From: Candidatus Micrarchaeota archaeon
GTDB taxonomy: Archaea; Micrarchaeota; Micrarchaeia; Micrarchaeales; Micrarchaeaceae
Assembly: GCA_021817565.1 (NCBI GenBank)
Contig: JAKAUP010000007.1
Coordinates: forward strand, 152,497-216,496
DNA: 64,000 bases
Direction: 5' to 3'
Position 1 is the first letter of the stretch. Every line of letters starts with the position of its first letter. A program made the translations under genes and the position numbers. Below are positions 54,062 to 62,865 of this stretch, in pieces. Under the pieces are notes generated by a model. The model was not told the DNA's origin. It did no database searches and saw only the letters and a list, made by a program, of their open reading frames with translations.

Positions 54062-54988
54062 CTATTTATGTGTGAGCTTATTTGCGTGCGGAATGCTTTG
54101 GCGGTCAAAATGTTTTATCACATGCGGTATCATGTTTATCAGATCGTCGGCGAGTATGTGCGCACCCATCTTCTTGTAAAGCATGTCTCCTGCTTTTGCG
54201 TGCACGTACGCCCCGGCAATCCCAGCCCTAAAGGTGCTTGCCCCTGAAGCCATATAACCCCCAATTATACCTGATAGCACATCTCCGGTGCCAGCGGTTG
54301 CGAGGGCAGAAGATTTTGGGTTTACTGTAACAGCCTCCTTCCCGTCTGATATAACGCTGACATGCCCTTTTAGGAGCACGGCCGTTCCAATACGTGCTGA
54401 AAGGCGCATGGCGCTCGCTGCCCTTTCCTTAACGGTGTTTCCAGCCCTTCCACCTTCCAGCATCTCAAACTCCCTGTCATTTGGAGTGATCAGCGCATTC
54501 ATCCCCAAGCTGCCAGCGTACTTTATGGAGAATAGCCCATCAGCGTCGATAACCACGCGCTTCCCGTTTGAAACCGCATAGTCTATGATTTTCCCGGCCT
54601 TTTTCAGCACATCGATCCCTTTTCCGATACCAATGCCTATGACCAGTGCGTCAGCCCTCATTATAACTTGCCTTATCCCACTTATCTTCCCATCCCCGAT
54701 GCTCTCCGTGCCGAAAGGTCTGACGATAAGGTTTGGGGAGAGCGCCCTAACCGGTCCTACTATAGAGCTCGGCACGTAAAGGTAAGCATACCCTATCCCG
54801 ACTCTTAGTGCGGCAAGCGCATGCCATGCCGCATTCCCTGCAAGCACCGGAGCTCCGTGATACACTCCGCTTCCCCCTACCACGACTATACTTCCATTAT
54901 CGTGCTTGGAAGAATATGGGTTGCGGGCAGCAGTGGCAATCTTCACGTCTTTACCCGTTGCGGTTCTTATCTTTGTCAAGCGCATCAT
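54062..54988 (-). CDS. nnrD: NAD(P)H-hydrate dehydratase (YjeF C-terminal/carbohydrate kinase domain)
   Basis: HDNGSIVVVGGSGVYHGAPVLAG, VIDADGL, ITPNDREFEML and TAGTGDVLSGIIGG. The start is set at ATG 54988; the tracked TTG at 55024 adds 12 codons. Confidence 0.8.
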   Translation of the reverse strand: MMRLTKIRTATGKDVKIATAARNPYSSKHDNGSIVVVGGSGVYHGAPVLAGNAAWHALAALRVGIGYAYLYVPSSIVGPVRALSPNLIVRPFGTESIGDGKISGIRQVIMRADALVIGIGIGKGIDVLKKAGKIIDYAVSNGKRVVIDADGLFSIKYAGSLGMNALITPNDREFEMLEGGRAGNTVKERAASAMRLSARIGTAVLLKGHVSVISDGKEAVTVNPKSSALATAGTGDVLSGIIGGYMASGASTFRAGIAGAYVHAKAGDMLYKKMGAHILADDLINMIPHVIKHFDRQSIPHANKLTHK

Positions 54989-55119
54989 ATAATTATACAC
55001 GCAACGTATTAACCTATTATTCAAAAAGCCAAAACCCTATACTTGACCGCATCCCCAAACAGGTTCGTTCTTTTAAGCATTATTGTAGATTAATAGAACA
55101 TTCCTAAAAGGTCGGATAT

Positions 55120-55530
55120 ATGGCTAAACAAACGGGCAAACAACTGCAGAGTCAGATAAGGAGGATTTTTGGAAAACACGTATATGGGAACATGTACGGA
55201 CTAAATGAGTTGCAGATAACCGATGTGGATTTCCTTACAAAGACCGTACTCGGATCGGCAAAGATAGGGGAGATGCACATAGTGGAACTTGTCACGAAGA
55301 AGTTTCAGGGCTATAATAACGTGGCAGGAGGCGTCTCCATAATAGCGCTCATAGAGGAAAGCCACATCGCACTGCATACTTGGCCGGAAAGCAGCTACGC
55401 GACTGTCGACATATACTCATGCGGGGAGAAGAGCAAGCCGGAAGCAGCATACAAGTACATAATGGAGAAGCTCTCCCCAAAGAAGCAGAAATTCTTCAGC
55501 GTTGACAGAGGCAACTCAAGTATGTCGTGA
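55120..55530 (+). CDS. speH: S-adenosylmethionine decarboxylase proenzyme (pyruvoyl type, SpeH/SpeD class 1)
   Basis: GVSIIALIEESHIALHTWPESSYATVDIYSCGE contains the self-cleavage ES site and the conserved HTWPE...CG core. Confidence 0.85.
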   Translation: MAKQTGKQLQSQIRRIFGKHVYGNMYGLNELQITDVDFLTKTVLGSAKIGEMHIVELVTKKFQGYNNVAGGVSIIALIEESHIALHTWPESSYATVDIYSCGEKSKPEAAYKYIMEKLSPKKQKFFSVDRGNSSMS

Positions 55531-55591
55531 GGCAAAAACCTTTCGGGAAACATTTAATTATCTTTAGGGGATAAGTGCTCTGGTGAAAATC

Positions 55592-56314
55592 ATGGCGTTT
55601 AAAGACGGGGAGTTTTTAGAAATAGAATACACTGCAAAAGATGCGCAATCAGGCGCAACCCTAGCCACAACAGACGAGGCGGCAGCAAAGCAGGCGGAGA
55701 TATACGACGAACATGTGAGATATGGTCCAGTGCTGGTTGTGATAGGTTCAAATGCGGTTGTAAAGGGTCTTGAGAGGGAGCTGAAGGGCATGGACATCGG
55801 CGAAAACAGGTCCTTTGTTCTTAAGCCGGAGGATGCATTCGGGGAGAGGAACGAGAATCTGGTAAAGGTAATGAAAGAATCGGACTTCAAGCAGCAGAAC
55901 CTGCGTCCATATCCTGGAATGAGGTTAAACATAGACAATGCGCCAGCTACAGTCAAGAGCGTAGGATCCGGAAGGGTGGTTGTTGACATGAATCATCCTG
56001 ATGCAGGAAAGAGTATAACATACGAGGTAAAGATCATAAAGAAGATAGAAAAGGAGGAGGAAAAGATTGAGAAGCTCTCGCAGACATACGGTCTTAATCC
56101 GACCAGCGTGAAAGCGGAAAGCACCGAGGCAGAGATATATTTCGACAATAAAGTTAGGAAAGACTCAGACTACTTCATAAACAAGGCAAGTTCCCTCGCG
56201 GCAATATTCACATACCTGAAGGACGTGAAGCGCGTAGTCGTAAAGGAGGAATACCTGAATCTGGCCGAGGAGAAGAAAGATGAAAAGGCTTCGGAGGAGA
56301 AGGAAAGAAGCTAA
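55592..56314 (+). CDS. FKBP-type peptidyl-prolyl cis-trans isomerase (long archaeal type)
   Basis: DGEFLEIEYTAKDAQSG...GPVLVVIGSNAVVKGLERELKGMDIGENRSFVLKPEDAFGERNENLV, an insert-in-flap region, and a C-terminal extension. An alternative GTG start lies at 55583. Confidence 0.8.
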   Translation: MAFKDGEFLEIEYTAKDAQSGATLATTDEAAAKQAEIYDEHVRYGPVLVVIGSNAVVKGLERELKGMDIGENRSFVLKPEDAFGERNENLVKVMKESDFKQQNLRPYPGMRLNIDNAPATVKSVGSGRVVVDMNHPDAGKSITYEVKIIKKIEKEEEKIEKLSQTYGLNPTSVKAESTEAEIYFDNKVRKDSDYFINKASSLAAIFTYLKDVKRVVVKEEYLNLAEEKKDEKASEEKERS

Positions 56315-56838
56315 TCCCTCCACAAAAGATGGATTCCGAGCGCAGCCCCCCAGATTATTATCGGGTATACCGCAATGCGCTCCGCAATTCCGCTGTTAAA
56401 AAGCCGCGCAATAAAAAGGACAGCGCCAATTGCAGCTACCGTCCCCAAGCCCAGAGAGAAGAGCCTGAAATACCTATCGGTCCTCAGAAACAGCATAGCG
56501 GATATTCCAGATACAAGGAAGAGGGCGGTAAAGAAAATATGCAGTTCCAAATAGGATATGTTGAATACGCTGATAAGCACTGCGGCGATTCCTGCAACAC
56601 CAAGCATAATCCTGGAGAGCCTGTTTATGCTTTCCACAGCAATCGAAGCGATAATGACCATGATGCCGGCAAAGCCAAGCGATACGCCGGCATACCATTC
56701 TCTGTACAGGATGTAGCTTATTGTTAGGCTATTCGGGTCGGGAAAGCGCGTCGAGGCATAATAGAGTATCGGCAAGAACTGGGCCGCAGCAAGAAAAAGC
56801 AGCCATCCAGCAAGCTCCCTAAGAACCCCTTTCTCCAT
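56311..56838 (-). CDS. Hypothetical polytopic membrane protein
   Basis: 175 aa with ~6 hydrophobic helices. No family recognised. It overlaps the FKBP gene end by 4 nt, in convergent orientation. Confidence 0.45.
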   Translation of the reverse strand: MEKGVLRELAGWLLFLAAAQFLPILYYASTRFPDPNSLTISYILYREWYAGVSLGFAGIMVIIASIAVESINRLSRIMLGVAGIAAVLISVFNISYLELHIFFTALFLVSGISAMLFLRTDRYFRLFSLGLGTVAAIGAVLFIARLFNSGIAERIAVYPIIIWGAALGIHLLWRD

Positions 56839-56843
56839 AAAAG

Positions 56844-57035
56844 TTAGCTTTTTATATTGAGCGCGAATGTGCTGTTGAGGTTTATGTTGAGCTTCTTCGC
56901 TATATCCGACTTTTCACAGTCAAGCATTATTATGTATCCGCTGATCTTGTTCGTTATGTCGGTGGATGCGCATATCGGACACTTATTCCCGCTCTTTATT
57001 ATTATCCTGCAGTTTTTGCACGCCGTCTCTTCCAT
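56844..57035 (-). CDS. spt4: Transcription elongation factor Spt4 (RpoE'')
   Basis: 63 aa with the zinc ribbon CKNCRIIIKSGNKCPIC followed by GYIIMLD. It lies directly downstream of rpo7. Confidence 0.8.
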   Translation of the reverse strand: MEETACKNCRIIIKSGNKCPICASTDITNKISGYIIMLDCEKSDIAKKLNINLNSTFALNIKS

Positions 57036-57040
57036 CTATA

Positions 57041-57631
57041 TCACTTTTTAGCCTTACCATCCTTGCGCTTCTGCGGAGCTTTGTTGGACCGCGTAGCAGC
57101 AACAATCCATTCGTGCTTCCCAAGCCCTTCCGGCCTCATCGTAAGGGCGATTCTCGATTCTCTTATGTTCTTGTTCTTTATGCTAACGGTAGATATCTTT
57201 GCGTATACGATATCCCCCTTCTTGAGCGATTTCCCCCCCTTTTTGGATACGAATGTCGAGGTTTTCTTGTCCATCGATATGAAATCGTCTGTTATCTGGG
57301 AAACATGAACCAAACCATCTATCGGCCCTATCCTGACAAATGCCCCGAAGTCCATAAGCTCAGTTACCTCCCCAACAACAACCTCCTCGACCTTCGGATA
57401 ATAAGCAAGCACATCAAACTCGACGCTGTGCCTTGTTGAAGGGTCTCCCGGAAATATGAATCCGTCGCTTATGCCTCTCACATTGAATACGGCAAGTATC
57501 ACGCCCATGTCTTTATCCAAGGTGCCCTCATACTTATCGCGCAAGGTCTTGTTCGCCACTTCCTCTATCTCCTTCCCAAAATTATCCGGGGACATCTTGA
57601 AGGTGTCGTTCACTTCATATATCTTATACAT
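57041..57631 (-). CDS. rpoE: DNA-directed RNA polymerase subunit Rpo7/E'
   Basis: MYKIYEVNDTFKMSPDNFG...GVILAVFNV...FDVLAYYPKVEEVVVGEVTELMDFGAFVRIGPIDGLVHVSQI (S1 fold). There is an extra basic tail APQKRKDGKAKK. Confidence 0.9.
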   Translation of the reverse strand: MYKIYEVNDTFKMSPDNFGKEIEEVANKTLRDKYEGTLDKDMGVILAVFNVRGISDGFIFPGDPSTRHSVEFDVLAYYPKVEEVVVGEVTELMDFGAFVRIGPIDGLVHVSQITDDFISMDKKTSTFVSKKGGKSLKKGDIVYAKISTVSIKNKNIRESRIALTMRPEGLGKHEWIVAATRSNKAPQKRKDGKAKK

Positions 57632-57803
57632 TTTCTCATCTAGCTATAATCAGAATGCCGCTAAGGCAATCACTATTTGTCCACACATATTTATAAAATT
57701 TGCTATTTTTGATCCAGACCTCAACAAATCGGCAGACGCGAAACACAAAGAGGGGCGATTCCTGAAAGATAAATATTTATATCTAAAAAATAGTTTTTCT
57801 AGT

Positions 57804-58676
57804 ATGCCCACTAAACAGCGAAAGGTGGCGATAAAGTACACGCAGATATCTGGTTTTAATGTGAGGTACCTGGAAGCAGGCAGCCCACAAAACAAAGCGA
57901 CACTAATGGTGCACGGCGGTGGCATAAGCTCATGGTCAAAAGAATGGCATGGGATGATGCCGGAGATAAGCGCGTATAGCAGGGCATTGGCGCCAGATCT
58001 TCCGGGTTACGGGAAGAGCGAACATGGCAACAAGAAGGCAACGCTGGAGAACTGTTCCGAATTCCTATCAGATTTCGTAGCCTCATTTGCTCCAGGAAGG
58101 ATCAACATAATAGGGGAGTCTTTCGGAGGGGGCATAGCGCTTGATTACACCCTGAAACATAAAGATACAGTAGACAAGCTGGTGCTTATAGACTCATACG
58201 GCTTCTTCAACAAAAAATTTTCAATGGCTGCATACCTTCTCACAAGAATCAAACCAGAGGTGCAGAACAGTCTCATAAACATCTTTGTGGACAACACCGC
58301 AGTAAGCAATCTCATACTCAAGCTGCTTATAAGGGACAGGGAAGGCTCAAACATAAGGGAAGCGGAAATAGACTTCGTAAGAGACTACATAAAGAAGCAT
58401 GGAATAAGCACGTCATGCCTAGAATTCGTACAGGATCAGGTCACAAGAAACGGGACCAGGTCATACTATATGGACAGAATCCACGAACTGAACGGCACGA
58501 ACGTCTCCGTCATGTTCATACACGGCAATAAAGACCCTCTATTTCCGATAGAGAAACAGAGGGAGGCGGCCTCAAAGATAAAATCCGAATTCGTGGAGGT
58601 AAACGCAAGCCACACTCCGATGCTAAAAGAACGAAGGCTCGTGATTGGAGCCATAAACTCATTTCTCAGGAATTAG
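57804..58676 (+). CDS. Alpha/beta-fold hydrolase
   Basis: From the internal ATG: ...VRYLEAGSPQNKATLMVHGGG, nucleophile elbow GESFGGG, and a late HGNKD...H. The 116-codon upstream extension in the track is antisense to rpo7 and is rejected. Confidence 0.8.
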   Translation: MPTKQRKVAIKYTQISGFNVRYLEAGSPQNKATLMVHGGGISSWSKEWHGMMPEISAYSRALAPDLPGYGKSEHGNKKATLENCSEFLSDFVASFAPGRINIIGESFGGGIALDYTLKHKDTVDKLVLIDSYGFFNKKFSMAAYLLTRIKPEVQNSLINIFVDNTAVSNLILKLLIRDREGSNIREAEIDFVRDYIKKHGISTSCLEFVQDQVTRNGTRSYYMDRIHELNGTNVSVMFIHGNKDPLFPIEKQREAASKIKSEFVEVNASHTPMLKERRLVIGAINSFLRN

Positions 58677-58682
58677 GCAGCT

Positions 58683-59246
58683 TCAACCTTTACGCGCCAT
58701 TTGTAATAGTCCTGCACACCTTACCTTTCTGTCAATCTCCTCCTTAACCAGTGTGACCTTGTCAGGAAGAAATTTTCGAGCCACTACAAGAGCGAATGAA
58801 AGCATCGTAATGTCGTTTAGATATCCCCGACCTCCACCTTTTTTATCCTCTTTTTCCATATTGGAGAATATGCGGTACGCCTGAAAAGCCGCTCCCATTA
58901 CCTTATCTCTGCCCAATCCGCCATCCTGCGCTATACTTGCCGCACCAACGTAATCCATGGCTGCCGCAAACTGTAGATTGCTTCTGCGCTTCCGGTGCCA
59001 CCGGGCAGATTTTTCTGCATCCCTGCTCATTATGTCAGCTTCCCGAAGAAGATCTTCATAATAGTCATTTGCATACTTATCATCAAAAGCACTAGCAGTA
59101 AGCCTGGTACCATACATCACGCGTCCGATAGACCGAGATACCTCTACACTGGAATTTATCGTTTCCTCTGCGTGCTCAATCATTATTTCCGCGGCTACCC
59201 CAAACTGTTTCGTAAGCGCATGTTGGTCTATGCTACATATTTCCAT
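58683..59246 (-). CDS. Hypothetical helical protein, paralogue A
   Basis: 187 aa. It shares the block LQFAAAMDYVGAASIAQDGGLGRDKVMGAAFQAYRIFSNMEKEDKK with 60076-60672. aggtg lies 7 nt before the ATG. Confidence 0.45.
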   Translation of the reverse strand: MEICSIDQHALTKQFGVAAEIMIEHAEETINSSVEVSRSIGRVMYGTRLTASAFDDKYANDYYEDLLREADIMSRDAEKSARWHRKRRSNLQFAAAMDYVGAASIAQDGGLGRDKVMGAAFQAYRIFSNMEKEDKKGGGRGYLNDITMLSFALVVARKFLPDKVTLVKEEIDRKVRCAGLLQMARKG

Positions 59247-59402
59247 AAATTACACCTAATAAAATAAATTATCTCTTTTTATATATATAAAGATTCCCTG
59301 CTCACTCTCTAGATATATATAATTTCTGGGTTTTTGCCGTGTCGGATAATTCCGCTATTTCTATGGGTTCTATTTACCCAAAGGTTAACAACTGGCCAAA
59401 GT

Positions 59403-60056
59403 TTACGGTATGTCCCCCGCAATGTCGCCGACCAGGCCAGTAAGGTTTACGCTCTGGTTGTACACATACGCAAGCGCAATGTAATTCGACTTCATCACAA
59501 GCACATACGCCCTCATGTAGGAAGCGTTGTACGGCATCTCAACGTATACTACGCTGCCGAAGAACCCTTTTGTATAATCTGGGTAGTAGCGTGCGTATCT
59601 GAGCAGTGTCTGATTATAGACATACGTCGCGTCAGTAAGATTATTCTCCTGTGCCACTTCCTCATTCATACCGGTGTTATTCGAGCCAGAGTAAGTCACA
59701 TTCCACAAATAAGTTGTATTCGCAACAAGGCTCGGATTCAATACAAGCCCCTCAGAGCTCTTATTATAAGATTTTATCAAACTGTAATTGATATTGCCTA
59801 TGTAGTCTTTAGCCTGCGACTCGCTGATGTAAGGCACGATACCGTAAGAGCCAACGCTAGTAGTTATGTTTACCTGCGGAACTGATACTGCAGGACCCTT
59901 TCCCTGGCCGCTCTTCTTTGCCGCTTGTGTTCCGTTAAACGGGTGCGACAGGACGATAAATGCGACCGCCACGATTATAATTATTATAACGATTCCGATT
60001 ACTGCTGCAGGCTCCATAATATGATAATAAAACGCAGATTTAAATCCCTGAGCCAC
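59403..60056 (-). CDS. Hypothetical N-terminally anchored extracellular protein rich in NxS/T sequons
   Basis: TM helix AAVIGIVIIIIIVAVAFIVL followed by a body with many sequons (NITT, NYS, NKS, NTT, NVT, NNT, NLT, NQT, NAS, NQS, NLT). The antisense ORF 59334-59885 is rejected. Confidence 0.45.
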   Translation of the reverse strand: MAQGFKSAFYYHIMEPAAVIGIVIIIIIVAVAFIVLSHPFNGTQAAKKSGQGKGPAVSVPQVNITTSVGSYGIVPYISESQAKDYIGNINYSLIKSYNKSSEGLVLNPSLVANTTYLWNVTYSGSNNTGMNEEVAQENNLTDATYVYNQTLLRYARYYPDYTKGFFGSVVYVEMPYNASYMRAYVLVMKSNYIALAYVYNQSVNLTGLVGDIAGDIP

Positions 60057-60075
60057 AGTTGAAAGTGAAGCAGAT

Positions 60076-60672
60076 TTAATAGATAGCTCCCTGCGCGACT
60101 TCCCTGCGCGCCATATGCCTCAATTTATCCATCTCCCTTATGGTTTCATCTCTAATCCATGATAGCTTATCCTTATCCAAATTGAAAGTGTCGGCCACAG
60201 CATAAGCAAGCAAACGGCTCACGAACCTTTCATCTTCCTGCGCCTTTCTTTTATCCGGCTCCATATCAGTAAATATGCGGTATGCCTGAAAAGCGGCAGC
60301 CGTAACTTTATCATTCACAAATCCGCAATCTTGCGCTATAGATGCGGCAGCCACATACTCCATTGCAGCCCAACACATGAGATTGCGGTCGCCGGGTCTC
60401 CCGCCTTTTTCTGCCATCTCCACCAGCATATCGCCGCGCGAAAAGCTTCCCTCATACAGAAATTCTGCAAACTCCGCGCCCCCATCTCCAGAATACCTTA
60501 TACACTCCCTTAAATGCTCAATATTGGAGCCTAAGGACATCTGGTTCTTTGCGCAACTAAGAAGGGTGTCCAAGCTTTTTCCCTCATGCACGTATTTATC
60601 TAATGATACCTTATCTAATGATACCATAACCAAATACATGTATTTGAAGTATTTAAACATTTCAATAGGCAC
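60076..60672 (-). CDS. Hypothetical helical protein, paralogue B
   Basis: 198 aa. LMCWAAMEYVAAASIAQDCGFVNDKVTAAAFQAYRIFTDMEPDKRK parallels paralogue A. It contains an in-frame 15-bp tandem duplication (VSLDKVSLDK), and the true start is uncertain. Confidence 0.45.
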   Translation of the reverse strand: MPIEMFKYFKYMYLVMVSLDKVSLDKYVHEGKSLDTLLSCAKNQMSLGSNIEHLRECIRYSGDGGAEFAEFLYEGSFSRGDMLVEMAEKGGRPGDRNLMCWAAMEYVAAASIAQDCGFVNDKVTAAAFQAYRIFTDMEPDKRKAQEDERFVSRLLAYAVADTFNLDKDKLSWIRDETIREMDKLRHMARREVAQGAIY

Positions 60673-60684
60673 GTCACATGGACA

Positions 60685-60769
60685 TGCAGGGGGTGAGATT
60701 TGAACTCACGAATCCCTAAGGAACTAGGCCCTGAACCCAGCGCGTTTGACCAAACTTTGCTACCCCTGC
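60685..60769 (-). tRNA. tRNA-Leu (CAG), class II with long variable arm
   Basis: The minus strand reads GCAGGGG-TA-GCAAAGTTTGGTCAAACGC-G-CTGGG-TTCAGGG-CCTAG-TTCCTTAGGGATTC-GTGAG-TTCAAAT-CTCAC-CCCCTGC-A. The acceptor and T arms are perfect and the D stem is weak (2 bp plus a mismatch). Confidence 0.8.
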
Positions 60770-60842
60770 AACATTCTTTTTCTTATTGCAAGCATTATAT
60801 TGTTTTGCATCGAGTATAAGTAAGTTTATCTAGGGTAATTTA

Positions 60843-62006
60843 TTGCTCATAGGAATAATAGGCGCGCCGAACAAGGGCAAGAGCACGCTCTTCTCGGCGA
60901 TAACCCTCAGCGATGTGCATATTGCAGACTATCCATTTACGACCATAGATCCGAACAGCGGAGTATCATACGTTACAACAAGGTGCCCGCATATGGATTT
61001 GGGCGTAAAGTGCAATCCGAGGAACCTGTACTGCAAGAACGGGAGAAGGGCAGTACCAGTAAATGTTGTGGATGTTGCAGGGTTGGTTGAGGGCGCACAT
61101 GAAGGAAAAGGGATGGGCAACAAGTTCCTCAACGATCTTAGCTCTGCAAACGGTTTCATCATAGTAGTTGATGCTAGCGGAAAGACCGACAAAAACGGGA
61201 ATAAGTGCGCAGGCTCCAATCCCAAGGAGGATTTAGATCTGGTAAAGGATGAACTTGTGGAATGGTTCTCAGACATCATACGCAGGCACTGGAAGAAGAT
61301 CTATACCAGCGAGAGCCTGAGCCAGGAACTGTTCAAGGTGCTTACCGGAATGGGAATAGAGAGGGGAGCAGTCGATAAGGCCATATCCGTGTCAGGAGTA
61401 AGGAAAGAGAGAGAGCCGGACAGCGAATCCATGAAGAGGCTCGCGTGGAGCATCCTAAGGGAATCAAAGCCGATAATCGTATGCGCAAACAAGATGGACG
61501 ACCCTGCAGCACCACTCCTTTTCGAAAGGCTCAAGAGGGATAGCGAGTTTGTTTGCGTTCCTTGTTCCGCTGCGATAGAACTCGCGTTAAGGAAAGCGGA
61601 TAGTACTGGGCTGATAGATTACGATGTTGAAGAATGCACTTTCAAGATGATGAAAGAGCCTGACGAATCACAGAAAGCAGCGCTCTCGTACATGGAATCA
61701 ATCTTAAAGAGCGGCAGGTCTGATGTGCAGCGCATGCTGAACGAGCTTGTATTCGGATTACTTGGAAGAATAGTCGTCTACCCGGTTGAGGACGAGAACA
61801 AGTACACGGACCACTACGGGAATGTCCTACCTGATGCGATACTGGTAAGGAAGGGATCCACTGCGCAAGAGCTTGCGGAGGCCATACACACGGACCTTGC
61901 AAAGGGGATGCTTTACGCGGTGGATGCAAGGACGAAGAGGAGAGTCGGAAAGGATTATATACTTAAGGAAGGAGACGTTATAAGGATTGTAAGCGCGATA
62001 AGGTAA
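60843..62006 (+). CDS. OBG/YchF-type (Ygr210-like) GTPase with C-terminal TGS domain
   Basis: G1 GAPNKGKST, G2 YPFTTIDPN, G3 DVAGLV, G4 NKMD, and a TGS-like end ILKEGDVIRIV. The start is TTG. Confidence 0.85.
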   Translation: MLIGIIGAPNKGKSTLFSAITLSDVHIADYPFTTIDPNSGVSYVTTRCPHMDLGVKCNPRNLYCKNGRRAVPVNVVDVAGLVEGAHEGKGMGNKFLNDLSSANGFIIVVDASGKTDKNGNKCAGSNPKEDLDLVKDELVEWFSDIIRRHWKKIYTSESLSQELFKVLTGMGIERGAVDKAISVSGVRKEREPDSESMKRLAWSILRESKPIIVCANKMDDPAAPLLFERLKRDSEFVCVPCSAAIELALRKADSTGLIDYDVEECTFKMMKEPDESQKAALSYMESILKSGRSDVQRMLNELVFGLLGRIVVYPVEDENKYTDHYGNVLPDAILVRKGSTAQELAEAIHTDLAKGMLYAVDARTKRRVGKDYILKEGDVIRIVSAIR

Positions 62007-62014
62007 GATAAACG

Positions 62015-62548
62015 ATGGAGGAGAAGGTAATACTTGTAGACGAGCACGACAATCAGATAGGCACGGAGGAAAAGATGAGTGCCCACAGAGCCGGGAAGCT
62101 CCACCGCGCCTTCTCCATCTTTGTTTTTGACGATAAAAAGAGAATGCTTCTCCAGCGAAGGGCGCTTTCAAAGTACCATTCTGGCGGGCTATGGACAAAC
62201 ACCTGTTGTAGCCATCCAAGGGAGCATGAACAGGTAATGGATGCGGCGCACAGGCGCCTGAAAGAAGAGATGGGTTTTGACACAAAACTCAAAGAGGTAT
62301 TCTCGTTCACTTATTTTGCCGAACTGGACAAGGGGCTGAAGGAGCACGAGTTCGATCACGTGCTTGTCGGAAAGTACACAGGCAAGGATATCAGACCGGA
62401 TCCAAACGAGGTCGACTCGTTCAGATGGGCGACGCTTGAGGAGGTAGCAGAGGACATGAAGGAAAGGCCAAACCAATACACCGCGTGGTTCGTTATATCG
62501 ATAGACAGGGTAATAAGTTTCTACGAGGAGCACGGAAGGCAGATGTAG
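62015..62548 (+). CDS. idi: Isopentenyl-diphosphate delta-isomerase, type 1 (Nudix fold)
   Basis: VILVDEHDNQIGTEEKMSAHRAGKLHRAFSIFVFDDKKRMLLQRRALSKYHSGGLWTNTCCSHP...EHEFDHV aligns with E. coli Idi, including the catalytic Cys and Glu. Confidence 0.85.
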   Translation: MEEKVILVDEHDNQIGTEEKMSAHRAGKLHRAFSIFVFDDKKRMLLQRRALSKYHSGGLWTNTCCSHPREHEQVMDAAHRRLKEEMGFDTKLKEVFSFTYFAELDKGLKEHEFDHVLVGKYTGKDIRPDPNEVDSFRWATLEEVAEDMKERPNQYTAWFVISIDRVISFYEEHGRQM

Positions 62549-62600
62549 CCACTCGGATAATAATAAATAGGTTTCCAAAGAATCATTTTAGGTAATAATA

Positions 62601-62756
62601 ATGGCATCGTTATATTCTCCGCAATCGCAGGCAGGAGTACTGAGCTTTTATGACGCTCCGACAAAGGGGCCAAAGATAAACCCGAAGTACGTACTGATAG
62701 GCGTCACAATATTTGCAATCGCCATACTGATCGCCAACCACCTCATCTACTACTGA
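62601..62756 (+). CDS. secG: Preprotein translocase subunit Sec61-beta (archaeal SecG)
   Basis: A 51-codon ORF below the track cutoff: MASLYSPQSQAGVLSFYDAPTKGPKINPKYVLIGVTIFAIAILIANHLIYY. It has the AGLxRYxD...KxxP motif followed by a single C-terminal TM helix, as in Methanocaldococcus Sec61-beta. Confidence 0.65.
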   Translation: MASLYSPQSQAGVLSFYDAPTKGPKINPKYVLIGVTIFAIAILIANHLIYY

Positions 62757-62865
62757 GACTTTCCTTTAAAATCAAGCGGGTCGCGTGATAATACGGCATT
62801 CAAACTAGGAAAACCTAAAAGGCGCTTTGCGGGAATAGATCAGAACGCTAGCCAGCCATATGGTG

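Noticed and set aside
57456-57803. 116-codon N-terminal extension of the alpha/beta hydrolase ORF
   Set aside because: The extension is antisense to rpo7 and crosses the divergent promoter region. The hydrolase homology begins only after the ATG at 57804, which is preceded by an AT-rich box.
58683-60672. Thought the paralogue block (AASIAQDGGL...AAFQAYRIF) might be an MIT-like three-helix domain linking the trio to ESCRT/Cdv
   Set aside because: The resemblance rests on a loose Ala/Tyr spacing pattern only. No ESCRT-III or Vps4 genes lie nearby, so the support is not strong enough to claim it.
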